Source: a virus (Duplodnaviria; Heunggongvirae; Uroviricota; Caudoviricetes). From it: a stretch of DNA of 64,000 nucleotides. How positions within the stretch are numbered: position 1 is the stretch's first letter; every line of letters starts with the position of its first letter. Made by a program: the position numbers and the translations under genes. Shown here in pieces: positions 38,102 to 48,601 of this stretch. The notes beneath the pieces were generated by a model. The model had not been told where the DNA came from and did not search any database. It was given only the letters and a program-made list of their open reading frames with translations. The stretch spans positions 210,787 to 274,786 of the IMG/VR virus record IMGVR_UViG_3300002834_000024, one strand, 5' to 3'.

Positions 38102-38533
38102 ATGGCTGACATAATACGCAGACCAAGTAAAACTCTTAAATTAAACATAGATGAAAACTGGAACGTAACATACGGAACATTTAATAACAAAAACCCCAAA
38201 ACTGTTTATATTATCATGTGGTCATGGCTAAAACCACTTAATGATGATTTCATGGATATTTTAAATGAGGTTGAAAAATTTGTAAAGCATTATAAAATTG
38301 GATTAAATGATGTATTTCAAACAAGATTGATTACGACTTTTGATATAGCACATTTAAAAATGTTGGTAAATAAGAAATCCCAATTAAAACTTAAATTACA
38401 TCTTATTCAAATTGAATGTAAACCATTTTTGGAAACAAAAGAAAATGTAATTAAAATTGCAACAGATATAATTAGTAGAATTTATCGGCTTACAGGAAAT
38501 GATTTTGAATTTAGTAGAAAGGGAAGAAAATGA
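38102..38533 (+). CDS. Hypothetical phage protein
   Basis: YGT.N.KNPKTVYI; TAtaTTTG at 38071. Confidence 0.55.
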   Translation: MADIIRRPSKTLKLNIDENWNVTYGTFNNKNPKTVYIIMWSWLKPLNDDFMDILNEVEKFVKHYKIGLNDVFQTRLITTFDIAHLKMLVNKKSQLKLKLHLIQIECKPFLETKENVIKIATDIISRIYRLTGNDFEFSRKGRK

Positions 38534-38859
38534 CTTTACATGAAACATTAGATAAACTTGGATTTTATTGGTATAAAGAAGTTGAACCTAAAATTAAATC
38601 TTATCGTTTATCCGAACAAGAATTATTGGAAAAAACAGAATATGTTCTTAATCAATTTTATCCCAAGAAAGAAAAAGAATTACCAACAATGGAAAACATG
38701 ATTAACTTTTTGATAAAAAAGAAATATCATGCAAAAGATGAGTTTATTAAAAAATGGGGTGAAGAAAAATTTTGGGATATTGCACGAATTGGTTATTGTA
38801 ATAGTCGAGGAACACCATTACAAAAAGCATATGATTATAAGAGACTTTTTATTGATTAA
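38530..38859 (+). CDS. Hypothetical protein
   Basis: Coupled ORF. Confidence 0.5.
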   Translation: MTLHETLDKLGFYWYKEVEPKIKSYRLSEQELLEKTEYVLNQFYPKKEKELPTMENMINFLIKKKYHAKDEFIKKWGEEKFWDIARIGYCNSRGTPLQKAYDYKRLFID

Positions 38860-39377
38860 CCATTAAAATGTGCCTCATCAATTTCAACACCTTTTATTGT
38901 TCGCCACATTCTTTTATACCCAAACAGTGTTTCACTGTTAGCAAAGTTACGTTTTCCATCATCCACAATTTCATAATAAAATATTGTTTTTTCATCAATA
39001 ACAACTCCAATTAAATCTCCATATTTGATGTCGCATTTATATTCCTTTAATGTTTCATCATACATGTAAATTTCGATATTTCCTGATTGTTTATATCTGG
39101 CATTATTTTGTGGTTTAATGTAGGCTTCATTTGTAGATTCTTTTATATCATATCTACATGGTAGTTCGATTGGGGTAGTATATTTTATTTCATCTTTTTT
39201 AGTTTCCCCATATAAACTATCACTGTTTGTCTTGATTCTATCAATTTGATACAATATAACCTTTTGACCAATCCATGTTTCCATATAGTCTTTTCCCCAT
39301 TCTGACATTGTTTGAAACAGGTTATCATCAAAGAATAAAGGGGATCTGGTTATTGGTAATTTTTTGTTATTTTGCAT
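38856..39377 (-). CDS. Putative head-completion/neck protein
   Basis: LYQID...SLYGE...DIKYGDLI...YYEI pattern typical of head-closure proteins. Confidence 0.55.
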   Translation of the reverse strand: MQNNKKLPITRSPLFFDDNLFQTMSEWGKDYMETWIGQKVILYQIDRIKTNSDSLYGETKKDEIKYTTPIELPCRYDIKESTNEAYIKPQNNARYKQSGNIEIYMYDETLKEYKCDIKYGDLIGVVIDEKTIFYYEIVDDGKRNFANSETLFGYKRMWRTIKGVEIDEAHFNG

Positions 39378-39582
39378 TTAATTCAATATCTTTATCAATA
39401 AATATTAGAGAGATGAAAAAAGTGGATAACATTAGTGATATACATGTTGAATGTCCTTATTGTCATATAACTTTACGTTTGGAAAACAAACGAATAAAGG
39501 TTGGAACATATGAGATAACATGTGAAGTATGTAATAAAGTAATAGGTACACTGGTTGGTAAACGTTCTAAAAAGAAAGAAAT

Positions 39583-40098
39583 ATGAAAGCAATTACAATT
39601 AAAAATCCATGGGCATTTTGGATATGTTCAGGATTGAAAGATATTGAGAATAGAACTTGGAGTACCAATTATCGTGGTAAGGTTTTGGTACATGTGTCAA
39701 GTAAAATGGAGGATATTAGTAATATTCTGGATAATTATTTCAATGATAAAATGTATCATGATTTGCAACAAAATATACAATGGATAAAAAAATCTAATTA
39801 TCCTTATAACATTAAAGATACATGTGGTGCAATAATAGGTTCAGTTGATATTGTTGATTGTGTTATTAATTATCCATCACAATGGGCTGAAGAAACATAT
39901 GAAACAAATTATGGATTTAGAAAACCTATCATATATAATTGGGTGTTAAAAAATCCAATATTATATCGAGAACCCCTTTTTAATGTTAAAGGTCAATTGA
40001 AGTTATGGGATGTAACAGCAGAACAATATAGAGATTCATATTGTAATAATGAAACTTCAGTGATGAAACATAATTTAATGTTGAAAAATGGCAATTGA
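39583..40098 (+). CDS. ASCH domain protein
   Basis: AITIKNPWA..I..G.KDIENRTW.T.YRG...KGQLKLW. Confidence 0.85.
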   Translation: MKAITIKNPWAFWICSGLKDIENRTWSTNYRGKVLVHVSSKMEDISNILDNYFNDKMYHDLQQNIQWIKKSNYPYNIKDTCGAIIGSVDIVDCVINYPSQWAEETYETNYGFRKPIIYNWVLKNPILYREPLFNVKGQLKLWDVTAEQYRDSYCNNETSVMKHNLMLKNGN

Positions 40099-43000
40099 AA
40101 TAAATAAAATTAAAACATTCCTTGAAGGAAGTGATCCCCAAAAACGCATTGTAAACATTGAATGTGGTTATGGGGATACCGAAGTTTCTATATTTTCTAG
40201 AAATGATTTAAGTGAAATAGTTGTAAATAGAGAAGAATTTTTTCCGTTTGTATGGGCAAAACTAAAAGTTACAGATATGTTGATAGCTCATTATGGAAGC
40301 CGATCTGCTCTTGAATGGGGATTAAGAACAGCAAAGATTTGGGTTGATTGTTTAAAAACGGATAATGAAAATGGTCAAAGCCCCAAAAGAATGTTGGATG
40401 GATATAATGTTTTATTCTTTGCAACAGAATCTATGTCATATTCTAAATTTACAAAATTTTTTAGAGATTGTGGAATAGATATATATGGTTCAGAAAAAAA
40501 CTTTATGGCGATAACACCAGTTGAACAATACATGATTAAATCTGGAAAACGTTATTTTAAAGAGTTAAACGAATATGATGATTTATTGAGATGTATTTGG
40601 GATATTGAAACAGAGGGATTAGATCCAAATGATTGTGCAATCACACAGATAGGTATAAGTACCAATAAGGGATATGAACAAGTATTACATGTGGAAGGTA
40701 ATACAAAAGAAGAAAAAGAAGAATCTGAAAGAAAAACTATACAAAAGTTTTTTCAAAATATTGAACATATAAATCCTGATATATTAGCTGGTCATAATTC
40801 AGAAGTATTCGACTGGCCATTTATATTAAGAAGAATTGAACTTTTATGGCCAGATAAAGAAAATATATTTGATAATATAATAAAACATTTTTGGGGACCA
40901 AATAATAAGTTTAATGATGGTAAATATGATAGATTTACCCAATTAAAAGATAAGAAAACAAAAAAAGAATATACCGCAAATCGAACTCTTTACAAAAAGG
41001 ATATTAAGTCAGTTTTAAAACTTGGAAATGAGGCTGAATATTTTTATCCAACAATTTGGTATGGACATACAGTTGTTGATAGTTTACATGCTTGTAGGCG
41101 AGCGCAAGCTATTGATAGTAATATGAAGTCAGGTTCTTTGAAATATGCTGCTGAATACGCTAAACAGAAGAAACAAAATAGAGTTTATATACCTGGTGAT
41201 AAAATATCAGATGTATATTATGATAAATCTGATTTTGTTTTAGATGAATCAAATGGCGAATGGCATAAACTTAAATCAAATGAAGAACTAACCGAAACAC
41301 AAAAGGTTGTTTCTGGTAAGTATATTGCTGATAGATACTTGTTAGATGACTTATATGAAGGTGATAGGGTTGAATGGTATTATAACCAATCTTCATTCTT
41401 TCTATCTAAAATGCTTCCAATACCATATCAAAAAGTATTAACTATGGGTACAAGTGCTACATGGAAATATATTTTATTGGCGTGGTCATACGAAAATAAA
41501 TTAGCGGTTCCGGCACTTAGTGAATTGAAACCATTTACAGGCGGATTATCACGTTTATTAAAAGTTGGTTTTGTAAAGGATATTGTTAAATTAGACTTCA
41601 ATTCACTTTATCCAGCAATTACATTATCATTTGATGTATTCCCAAAATTGGATATTTCTGGTGTTTTTAAAACATTACTTGGTCATATACTTTCTGAACG
41701 TGAAAGATTTAAAGGATTAAAAAAGGAATTTGGAAAAAAAGCAAAAGCAACAGATGATCCAGTAGAAAAATTAAAATTTGAACAAGAAGAAGCTAGAAAT
41801 GACAAATTACAATTACCTTTCAAAATATTTGGTAATGCTTTCTTTGGGTCGTATGGAGCTCCAAATATTTTTAATTGGGGCGATGTAACAAAAGCTGAAC
41901 AGATTACTTGTACAGCCAGACAATGTTTACGATTAATGACTAAATGGTTTGAAGATCGTGGATTTAGATCTGTCGTGATGGATAGTGTTACTGGTGATAC
42001 ACCAATTTTAATTAAATATAAATATAACAATGAAATTGACATAAAACAAATTTGTGATTTATTTGATGAAAATAAATGTGTTGATATAAATAATAATGGA
42101 CAATTTAGAGATTTTAGTGAAAAACCATATTTGGTTTTAACAAGAAATGGATGGAAAGATATAGAATATGTTTATAAACATAAAACCAACAAAAAAATCC
42201 ATAGAATAAAAACAAAAGATGTTTTAATAGATGTAACAGAAGATCATTCTCTTTTTGATAAAAATAAAAAAGAAATACAACCAAAAAATATTAAAATTGG
42301 CGATAAAATAGAATTATATGAAAAAAGCTTAGATTATGTTTTTAATAATAATGGTCTAAATGAAGATATTGCATGGTTAATTGGTTTATTTGTTGGTGAT
42401 GGTTCTTGTTTGTGTAGAAAACGTCCTCAAAAATATTTTTCAAAAAGAAAGTGTAATTATAATATAAATTATTGTTTTGGTTGTGATTGGAAAATTGATA
42501 ACTTAAATTATGAATTTTTAATAAAAGCACAAAATATTTTAAAAAATGAATATAATATAAATGCAAATATTAAAGATCATATAGAATCAAGTGGTGTTTT
42601 TTGTTTAAGAACAAGTAATTCAAAATTGAGTCGATTTTTTGCCGAAAATTGTTATACTAATAATCGTTTAAAAAAAATACCATCTATAATTTTAAATAGT
42701 GATTTAAAAATTAAAAAGGCATTTATTAATGGGTTACTATGTGCTGATGGATATGGTTATGATATTGATAAAACAATTAGTATTGGTCAAAAATCAAAGG
42801 TAGTTATGGCTGGTATTGATTTAATTTTTAGAGAATTAAAAGTTAATTATAGAATATTGATTAGAAAAGATAAACCCAATTTTATCACATTTAGTATTAA
42901 AAATCGTCATGGCAATAACATAAACGATAATTATTCAAAACAAAAATCAGAGGAAGTTTTTAGAAATGACATATTGTTTAATGAATATAATGATTATGTT

Positions 43001-44551
43001 TATGATATATCATTAGATGGGACATTTATAAACGCATTAGGAATGAATGTATTACATAATACAGATGGCATAAACTTTTCATATTCAGATGTGAATGTTG
43101 ATTACACATATACTGGAAATGGACTTAGCAGAAATACAAAAGAAGGTAAAGAATATCATGGAATAGAGGCTTATGTTGCAGAGTTCAATGATTTATTTAT
43201 GAGAGAAAAAATGGGTTTGGGAATAGATGAATATGCTTCAAATACCATTAACTTTTCACGTAAAAACTATGCTGACTTATTGGATAATGGTAAAGTTAAA
43301 TATGTTGGTAATAGCATCAAATCTAAAAAGATGCCTAAATACATTGAGAAATTTTTAGAAACTAATATTCTATTATTATTAAATGATGATGGATATACAT
43401 TTTTAAAAAATTATAATGAATACATTAATAAAATATATAATTACCAAATACCATTAAGGGATATTGCTTCAATTGGTTCTATTAAGGTATCACTGAAAGA
43501 ATATCAAAAAAATTCAAGTGGAAAAAATAAAGCTGGTGGGGATAAAGCAAAACAAGCATGGTATGAATTAGCACTTCAACATAATATCCAAGTACATCCT
43601 GGTGATAAAATCCATTATGTAAATATTGGTGTTAAAAAATCAGAAGGTGATGTTATTAAAGAAGATATATATGAATATGATGTTGATGGTAACATTGTAA
43701 TGGTTGATAAAGTTGATAAAAAAACGGGTGAAATTGTTTATGCAAAGCGTGGAGAATGTAAACCACTTCAAAGTAAAAAAGTTATTGGTTACAAACCAAG
43801 ATTAAATTGTGTAAGAATTGATCCAACAATCATTGAATCAGATATTGATTATTATGGGCATGAAGATATTTTTGGGGATAATCCTATTCAATATAATGCT
43901 GCAAAATATATCAGTCAGTTTAACAGCCGAATTAAAGCATTATTAGTTTGTTTTCATCCTGATATTCGAGATAAAATATTGGTTGAAACACCTGATAAAG
44001 CAAATTATTTTACAGAAGAACAATCTAAATTAACATCAGGATTTCCAAATAAAGAAATTGATCAAGATACCCTTGAAGCTCTTTTAACAATGGAAGATAA
44101 AGAGATTAAATTTTGGACACAAAATAATCTTGAACCACCATTTGTTAATGAAATTGGTATTGATTGGGAGGCAGTGAAAAGAGATTATTATCAAAGACAA
44201 GAGGAACTTAGATCTTGTGTTAAAGAAGAATCTGACAAATATAATAATATTATTGAAAGAATTACAGAAGATGATATAAAAGAATTTAACGAAAGTGGTG
44301 GTATAGTTGATAAATTATGGTTTTTTAATGAAATATTAGAATTTTGTAAAATATCAATAGATTTAGATTTTATATCAAAATTACATAATGTTAAATTGGG
44401 AACACTTTCTGATATAACTGAAAAACAATTTTATGAATCTGATGGTGATGATGAAAATGAAAGTACTGGAACCACAGATGTTAATAATGAATACGCATGT
44501 TATCAATATATGAATGATGAAGATTATGGGAAAATGCCACTCATTTTATAA
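40088..44551 (+). CDS. Family B DNA polymerase containing an intein
   Basis: DIETEG exonuclease I, DFNSLYP, K..GN..FG, D/TDG split by intein, KNYA. Confidence 0.93.
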   Translation: MAIEINKIKTFLEGSDPQKRIVNIECGYGDTEVSIFSRNDLSEIVVNREEFFPFVWAKLKVTDMLIAHYGSRSALEWGLRTAKIWVDCLKTDNENGQSPKRMLDGYNVLFFATESMSYSKFTKFFRDCGIDIYGSEKNFMAITPVEQYMIKSGKRYFKELNEYDDLLRCIWDIETEGLDPNDCAITQIGISTNKGYEQVLHVEGNTKEEKEESERKTIQKFFQNIEHINPDILAGHNSEVFDWPFILRRIELLWPDKENIFDNIIKHFWGPNNKFNDGKYDRFTQLKDKKTKKEYTANRTLYKKDIKSVLKLGNEAEYFYPTIWYGHTVVDSLHACRRAQAIDSNMKSGSLKYAAEYAKQKKQNRVYIPGDKISDVYYDKSDFVLDESNGEWHKLKSNEELTETQKVVSGKYIADRYLLDDLYEGDRVEWYYNQSSFFLSKMLPIPYQKVLTMGTSATWKYILLAWSYENKLAVPALSELKPFTGGLSRLLKVGFVKDIVKLDFNSLYPAITLSFDVFPKLDISGVFKTLLGHILSERERFKGLKKEFGKKAKATDDPVEKLKFEQEEARNDKLQLPFKIFGNAFFGSYGAPNIFNWGDVTKAEQITCTARQCLRLMTKWFEDRGFRSVVMDSVTGDTPILIKYKYNNEIDIKQICDLFDENKCVDINNNGQFRDFSEKPYLVLTRNGWKDIEYVYKHKTNKKIHRIKTKDVLIDVTEDHSLFDKNKKEIQPKNIKIGDKIELYEKSLDYVFNNNGLNEDIAWLIGLFVGDGSCLCRKRPQKYFSKRKCNYNINYCFGCDWKIDNLNYEFLIKAQNILKNEYNINANIKDHIESSGVFCLRTSNSKLSRFFAENCYTNNRLKKIPSIILNSDLKIKKAFINGLLCADGYGYDIDKTISIGQKSKVVMAGIDLIFRELKVNYRILIRKDKPNFITFSIKNRHGNNINDNYSKQKSEEVFRNDILFNEYNDYVYDISLDGTFINALGMNVLHNTDGINFSYSDVNVDYTYTGNGLSRNTKEGKEYHGIEAYVAEFNDLFMREKMGLGIDEYASNTINFSRKNYADLLDNGKVKYVGNSIKSKKMPKYIEKFLETNILLLLNDDGYTFLKNYNEYINKIYNYQIPLRDIASIGSIKVSLKEYQKNSSGKNKAGGDKAKQAWYELALQHNIQVHPGDKIHYVNIGVKKSEGDVIKEDIYEYDVDGNIVMVDKVDKKTGEIVYAKRGECKPLQSKKVIGYKPRLNCVRIDPTIIESDIDYYGHEDIFGDNPIQYNAAKYISQFNSRIKALLVCFHPDIRDKILVETPDKANYFTEEQSKLTSGFPNKEIDQDTLEALLTMEDKEIKFWTQNNLEPPFVNEIGIDWEAVKRDYYQRQEELRSCVKEESDKYNNIIERITEDDIKEFNESGGIVDKLWFFNEILEFCKISIDLDFISKLHNVKLGTLSDITEKQFYESDGDDENESTGTTDVNNEYACYQYMNDEDYGKMPLIL
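41984..43060 (+). mobile_element. Intein (359 aa) with LAGLIDADG homing endonuclease in PolB motif C
   Basis: MD|SVTGDTP...TEDHSLF...LIGLFVGDG...FINGLLCADG...VYDIS...LHN|TDG. Confidence 0.92.
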
Positions 44552-45275
44552 TGAAGATTGCATTGCTGGTGCAAAAAAACATTTATTAGATAATTCAATT
44601 GATCTTATAATTACAGATCCACCCTATGGAATTAAAGGAGATACATTAGATAAACATTATAATCGTGATGAAAGTAATGTTATTGATGGATATGTTGAAA
44701 TACCATTAAATGAATATCCACAATTTTCATTAGATTGGATTAAAGAAGCAGAGAGAGTTTTAAGACCTGGTGGTAGTATGTATATTGTTTCAGGATATTC
44801 TAATCTTATACATATTCTGAACGCTTTATTTGAAACAAAATTAAAAGAAGTAAATCATATAATTTGGAAATATAATTTTGGGGTGTATACACAGAAAAAA
44901 TATGTTTCATCACATTATCATATATTATATTATGTAAAACCAAAAGGTAAAGTTACATTTAATACTAATGCTTTTTATACAAAAGATGATAGAAAAGAAA
45001 ATGGTGGTAGTAAACAATATAATGATTTAGAAGATGTTTGGATTATTAACAGAGAATATAAACCAGGTAAGATAAAAAATAAAAATGAATTACCAGCTGC
45101 ATTGTTAAAAAAGATGATTCTATATTCAAGTAATCCTGATGATATAATTTGTGATTTTTTTCTTGGTGGATTTTCAACAGTGAAAGTGGCAATTGAATTA
45201 GGTAGGAAAGCATGTGGGTTTGAAATTAATACAAATGCTTTCAATCACAATATACAATATTTTAACATCCAGTAA
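44514..45275 (+). CDS. DNA N6/N4 methyltransferase (beta class)
   Basis: TDPPY, RVLRPGG, CDFFLGGFST. Confidence 0.88.
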   Translation: MMKIMGKCHSFYNEDCIAGAKKHLLDNSIDLIITDPPYGIKGDTLDKHYNRDESNVIDGYVEIPLNEYPQFSLDWIKEAERVLRPGGSMYIVSGYSNLIHILNALFETKLKEVNHIIWKYNFGVYTQKKYVSSHYHILYYVKPKGKVTFNTNAFYTKDDRKENGGSKQYNDLEDVWIINREYKPGKIKNKNELPAALLKKMILYSSNPDDIICDFFLGGFSTVKVAIELGRKACGFEINTNAFNHNIQYFNIQ

Positions 45276-45306
45276 AAATATATTAGATAAAAAATAATTA
45301 CATTTG
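45262..45306 (+). promoter_or_regulatory. TTAACATCCAG box plus TAcaTTTG promoter
   Basis: Box 45262-45272; -7 element at 45299. Confidence 0.75.
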
Positions 45307-45328
45307 TAAAAAATTAAAACATAAAGTT

Positions 45329-45604
45329 ATGGCTAAATGGATAAAGGCTAATGGTTCAGTCGAAACAGTGGAACCAAGAAATGGAAATAATTTTACATTA
45401 GATGAATTAAAAAAATTCGTCAATGGTTATATACAGGTCATTAATTTACCCAATGATTACAAATATTTAGTTTGTAATGAGGAAGGCAAATTATTAGGAC
45501 TTTATGAAAATAGGCAAGCAACTGACATACTTGTACTTGGAAATGGTATTATGGATGTTGTGGTTGGTGATGTATTAGTTTGTGATTATGATCAAATAAA
45601 ATAG
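45329..45604 (+). CDS. DUF3846-like protein
   Basis: FTLDELKKFVNGYIQ, NEEGKL..L..N..AT, VGDVL. Confidence 0.75.
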   Translation: MAKWIKANGSVETVEPRNGNNFTLDELKKFVNGYIQVINLPNDYKYLVCNEEGKLLGLYENRQATDILVLGNGIMDVVVGDVLVCDYDQIK

Positions 45605-46245
45605 TTATGGACAACGAAAAATTTATTAAAAGGAGTTTCCTTGCAATAGTCGGTCTTAATTTGATTGGCTTTAGTGTTATATGTTGGTTAGTATTTTTAC
45701 TAATTACAAAAGTTTTAATTCCTTTAGTTGATAAATTTTAATATGGATCAAACAATTTATAATAAAATAATCAAATTGAGTTCTTATTCAGAAAATTTTC
45801 CTGATGAAAGTTGTACAGTTAAAGTCGCTGTTAAACCAATAACTTGGGAAAAAGAAAAAAAGAATGATTCTATAAGGACATTTGTCTATGAAAATGCAGA
45901 CTATGAAGGTGGATTTGTTTCTATTGATGGTGGAAAATCTTATCATTTAGCATATAATTTTCTATTCCATAAATTAAAAAGAATACCAATTAAATACAAT
46001 TGAATATGTTACCAACTGTTATTTACACATATATGCCAACATTTGATGGTAGTTATATGATAAAGGGGGTTATGATAAAGGATGGAGAATTTCCTTATCG
46101 TTTTTCAATACCATTGGATTTTAAAAAGTTAATAGAACATGGTAATAAACGAATTGAATTATTGATTAAAAAAGAAGTTAAAAATTATTTTAGTAATGAA
46201 GAAATCAGTATGTTTGAACTATAATTAAAATAATAGTTCAAAAAC

Positions 46246-46545
46246 ATGTTTGATAAAGTAAAAGAATTTGAGAATTTAACCAGTGGTATGTTAGACTTAT
46301 ACAAAAGAAAAAATGCCGATTATGGTGATTCTTTTGAAAAAACATATCTCGATTATGGTTTAACAGCATTTCTTGTTAGAGCGCAAGATAAAATAAATCG
46401 GTTATATTCTATCAACAAAAAGAAAAAAATTGAAGTAACAGATGAAAGTGTTTTAGATACATTAAGAGATTTAGCAAATTATTCGATAATGCAAATAATC
46501 GAAATGAAAAAAGATGGAAAAACAATTGTTGGAGATGATCAATAA
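46246..46545 (+). CDS. DUF1599 / nucleotide-modification-associated domain 1 protein
   Basis: KNADYGDSF...DK.NRL...DTLRDLANY. Confidence 0.8.
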   Translation: MFDKVKEFENLTSGMLDLYKRKNADYGDSFEKTYLDYGLTAFLVRAQDKINRLYSINKKKKIEVTDESVLDTLRDLANYSIMQIIEMKKDGKTIVGDDQ

Positions 46546-46554
46546 CTAAATAAT

Positions 46555-47190
46555 ATGGAAACTATGGAAACGGTTAAAGTATTAAAAGTGGGTGACTATG
46601 TTGAAACATGTCATCTAATGCCAGCTATTCTTCAAAGGATAACAATAACTGTTATAAGTGATAAGTTAGAACAAAAATGGAATCCAGATGATGAAGATGT
46701 TTATAAGTGGGAACATTATGATGTGGATGAATATGATGAAAGTAATTTACCACCCAATTTTTTAATGGCAGATGTTGAAGTGTTTTATCCTCACATGAAA
46801 GAACAATCACCCGAATATACAGGTGGATCTTGTTGTTCAGTAAATAATTGTGGAGTACATCGAATAACCAAAGAATATTTTGACATACTTATAAATCTTG
46901 GTGAAGAAAAACTCAAAGTTTTATGGGCTTCAACTAACAAAACAACAAATATTTTTCCATCATGGGAAAAATATGTAACAACCTATGTGAATAATCCACA
47001 AGAAATAATGAAATTCATTCCAATTAAAAAAGTTATTGGTAAAGGTATCATTGAGTTTAAGGATAATTCTCGATGGAAGTGTCATAAACAAAGAATAAAA
47101 TCATTATCTATTAGGGGTGGAAAAAGAAAGACACTGAATAGCTTTAGATATATACCAATAGAAAGAATTAAAAATGAAATATCTGGGTAG
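46555..47190 (+). CDS. Hypothetical protein
   Basis: 211-aa ORF. Confidence 0.5.
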   Translation: METMETVKVLKVGDYVETCHLMPAILQRITITVISDKLEQKWNPDDEDVYKWEHYDVDEYDESNLPPNFLMADVEVFYPHMKEQSPEYTGGSCCSVNNCGVHRITKEYFDILINLGEEKLKVLWASTNKTTNIFPSWEKYVTTYVNNPQEIMKFIPIKKVIGKGIIEFKDNSRWKCHKQRIKSLSIRGGKRKTLNSFRYIPIERIKNEISG

Positions 47191-48025
47191 TAAAGAAAGA
47201 CTTGCAAATCATATAATTCCAATTATCACACAAGATAAGGAAAAATATGATTTATATATTGAACCGTTTTGTGGATCATTGGCTGTTATTGAAAAAGTGA
47301 CAGATATTCCGAAATTTGCATCTGATATTAATCCTTATCTAATTGCAATGTGGAAAGGTATTAATTGGGGGTTAAATTTAGATGCACCAATGGAAATACC
47401 AAAATCATTGTATGATGAATACAGGAATAAATTTAATTTATTAAAAAAAGCCCCACAATCAATTATTGAATATACTATTAATAATGTACAATATTATGAT
47501 GTTGATATAAGACAATTAGTAACTGATGATTGGGAAGTAACATTTAGGGAACTTTTTCTTATTGGATGGATTGGTTTCATGGCTTCATTTAATGGTAGGT
47601 TTTATGATGGTGGTTATTCTGGAAAAACAGACAAACGTGATTATGTGGATGAACAAATCCGAAATACTTTGAAACAAATACCAAAAATAATGTCTATTGA
47701 TACATTGGAAGTTAATGATTATAGACAACTTTTTAATCGAATTGGATGTAAAGAAATTTATAATGATTTTGCTAAATATAAAGGTAATTATTTAATTTAT
47801 TGTGATATACCTTATAAAAACAGTAAAAAATATGCTTTTGATACAAATTTTGATTATGATATTTTTTATGATTGGTGTCGTTTATTAAGTAAACGTGGAC
47901 ATAAAATTTTTATATCAGAATATGAAATGCCAGATGATTTTAAATGTGTTTGGGAAATGGAAGTTACAAACAGTATGCACCCAACAAAAACAAAAAAACC
48001 AATAGAAAAATTATTTACATTATGA
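47174..48025 (+). CDS. Dam-like (D12 class) DNA adenine methyltransferase
   Basis: KYLGSK, EPFCGS, IYCDIPY, FISEY, EKLF. Confidence 0.88.
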   Translation: MKYLGSKERLANHIIPIITQDKEKYDLYIEPFCGSLAVIEKVTDIPKFASDINPYLIAMWKGINWGLNLDAPMEIPKSLYDEYRNKFNLLKKAPQSIIEYTINNVQYYDVDIRQLVTDDWEVTFRELFLIGWIGFMASFNGRFYDGGYSGKTDKRDYVDEQIRNTLKQIPKIMSIDTLEVNDYRQLFNRIGCKEIYNDFAKYKGNYLIYCDIPYKNSKKYAFDTNFDYDIFYDWCRLLSKRGHKIFISEYEMPDDFKCVWEMEVTNSMHPTKTKKPIEKLFTL

Positions 48026-48477
48026 CAAAAAATACTTTCGTAAAATGCCGATTAGAAATTTATCCCATTGATATTGATAAAAAATTGGAGGAACAAGAAA
48101 CTCCTGATTTATTTACATGTAATATAAGTTTACCTGGATTTATTAATGTCAAAGAATTTACTGATGATTATAAAGAATCATTCAAAAAACTTTTAGAATA
48201 TTTTATGAATGAATTGTTTTATACCATTGTTACTGAATGGGAAGGTAATGTTGCAATGGAAAATTTGATACAAAGTTTGGATAGAAATAAATTATTCAAT
48301 ATTATTATGCAAATCAAAGATGCGGAAGAAATAGGTAATCTGAATTTTGAAAAAATGAAAACCCTATTTAATAATCTTGATAATGAATCCTTTGCTAAAA
48401 GAATGTATCAAATTAAATGTGTGATGGATCAAATAGAGAGTAGTAATTTCAAATTAAATATAAGAGGTGATTTGTAG
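48022..48477 (+). CDS. Hypothetical protein
   Basis: Start MTKNTF overlaps upstream stop. Confidence 0.5.
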   Translation: MTKNTFVKCRLEIYPIDIDKKLEEQETPDLFTCNISLPGFINVKEFTDDYKESFKKLLEYFMNELFYTIVTEWEGNVAMENLIQSLDRNKLFNIIMQIKDAEEIGNLNFEKMKTLFNNLDNESFAKRMYQIKCVMDQIESSNFKLNIRGDL

Positions 48478-48533
48478 TGCTTGCATCCTCTCTAAAAAAT
48501 GCTAAAAATCTTCAATAGATTTACTACATAGTT

Positions 48534-48578
48534 TTAACATCCAGAATATGCGATTCTGGATATTATTTAATAATTTTG
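48534..48578 (+). promoter_or_regulatory. TTAACATCCAG box plus TAatTTTG promoter of metK
   Basis: Box 48534-48544; -7 element at 48571. Confidence 0.75.
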
Positions 48579-48601
48579 TATAATTAAAATGATTGTAAAT
48601 T

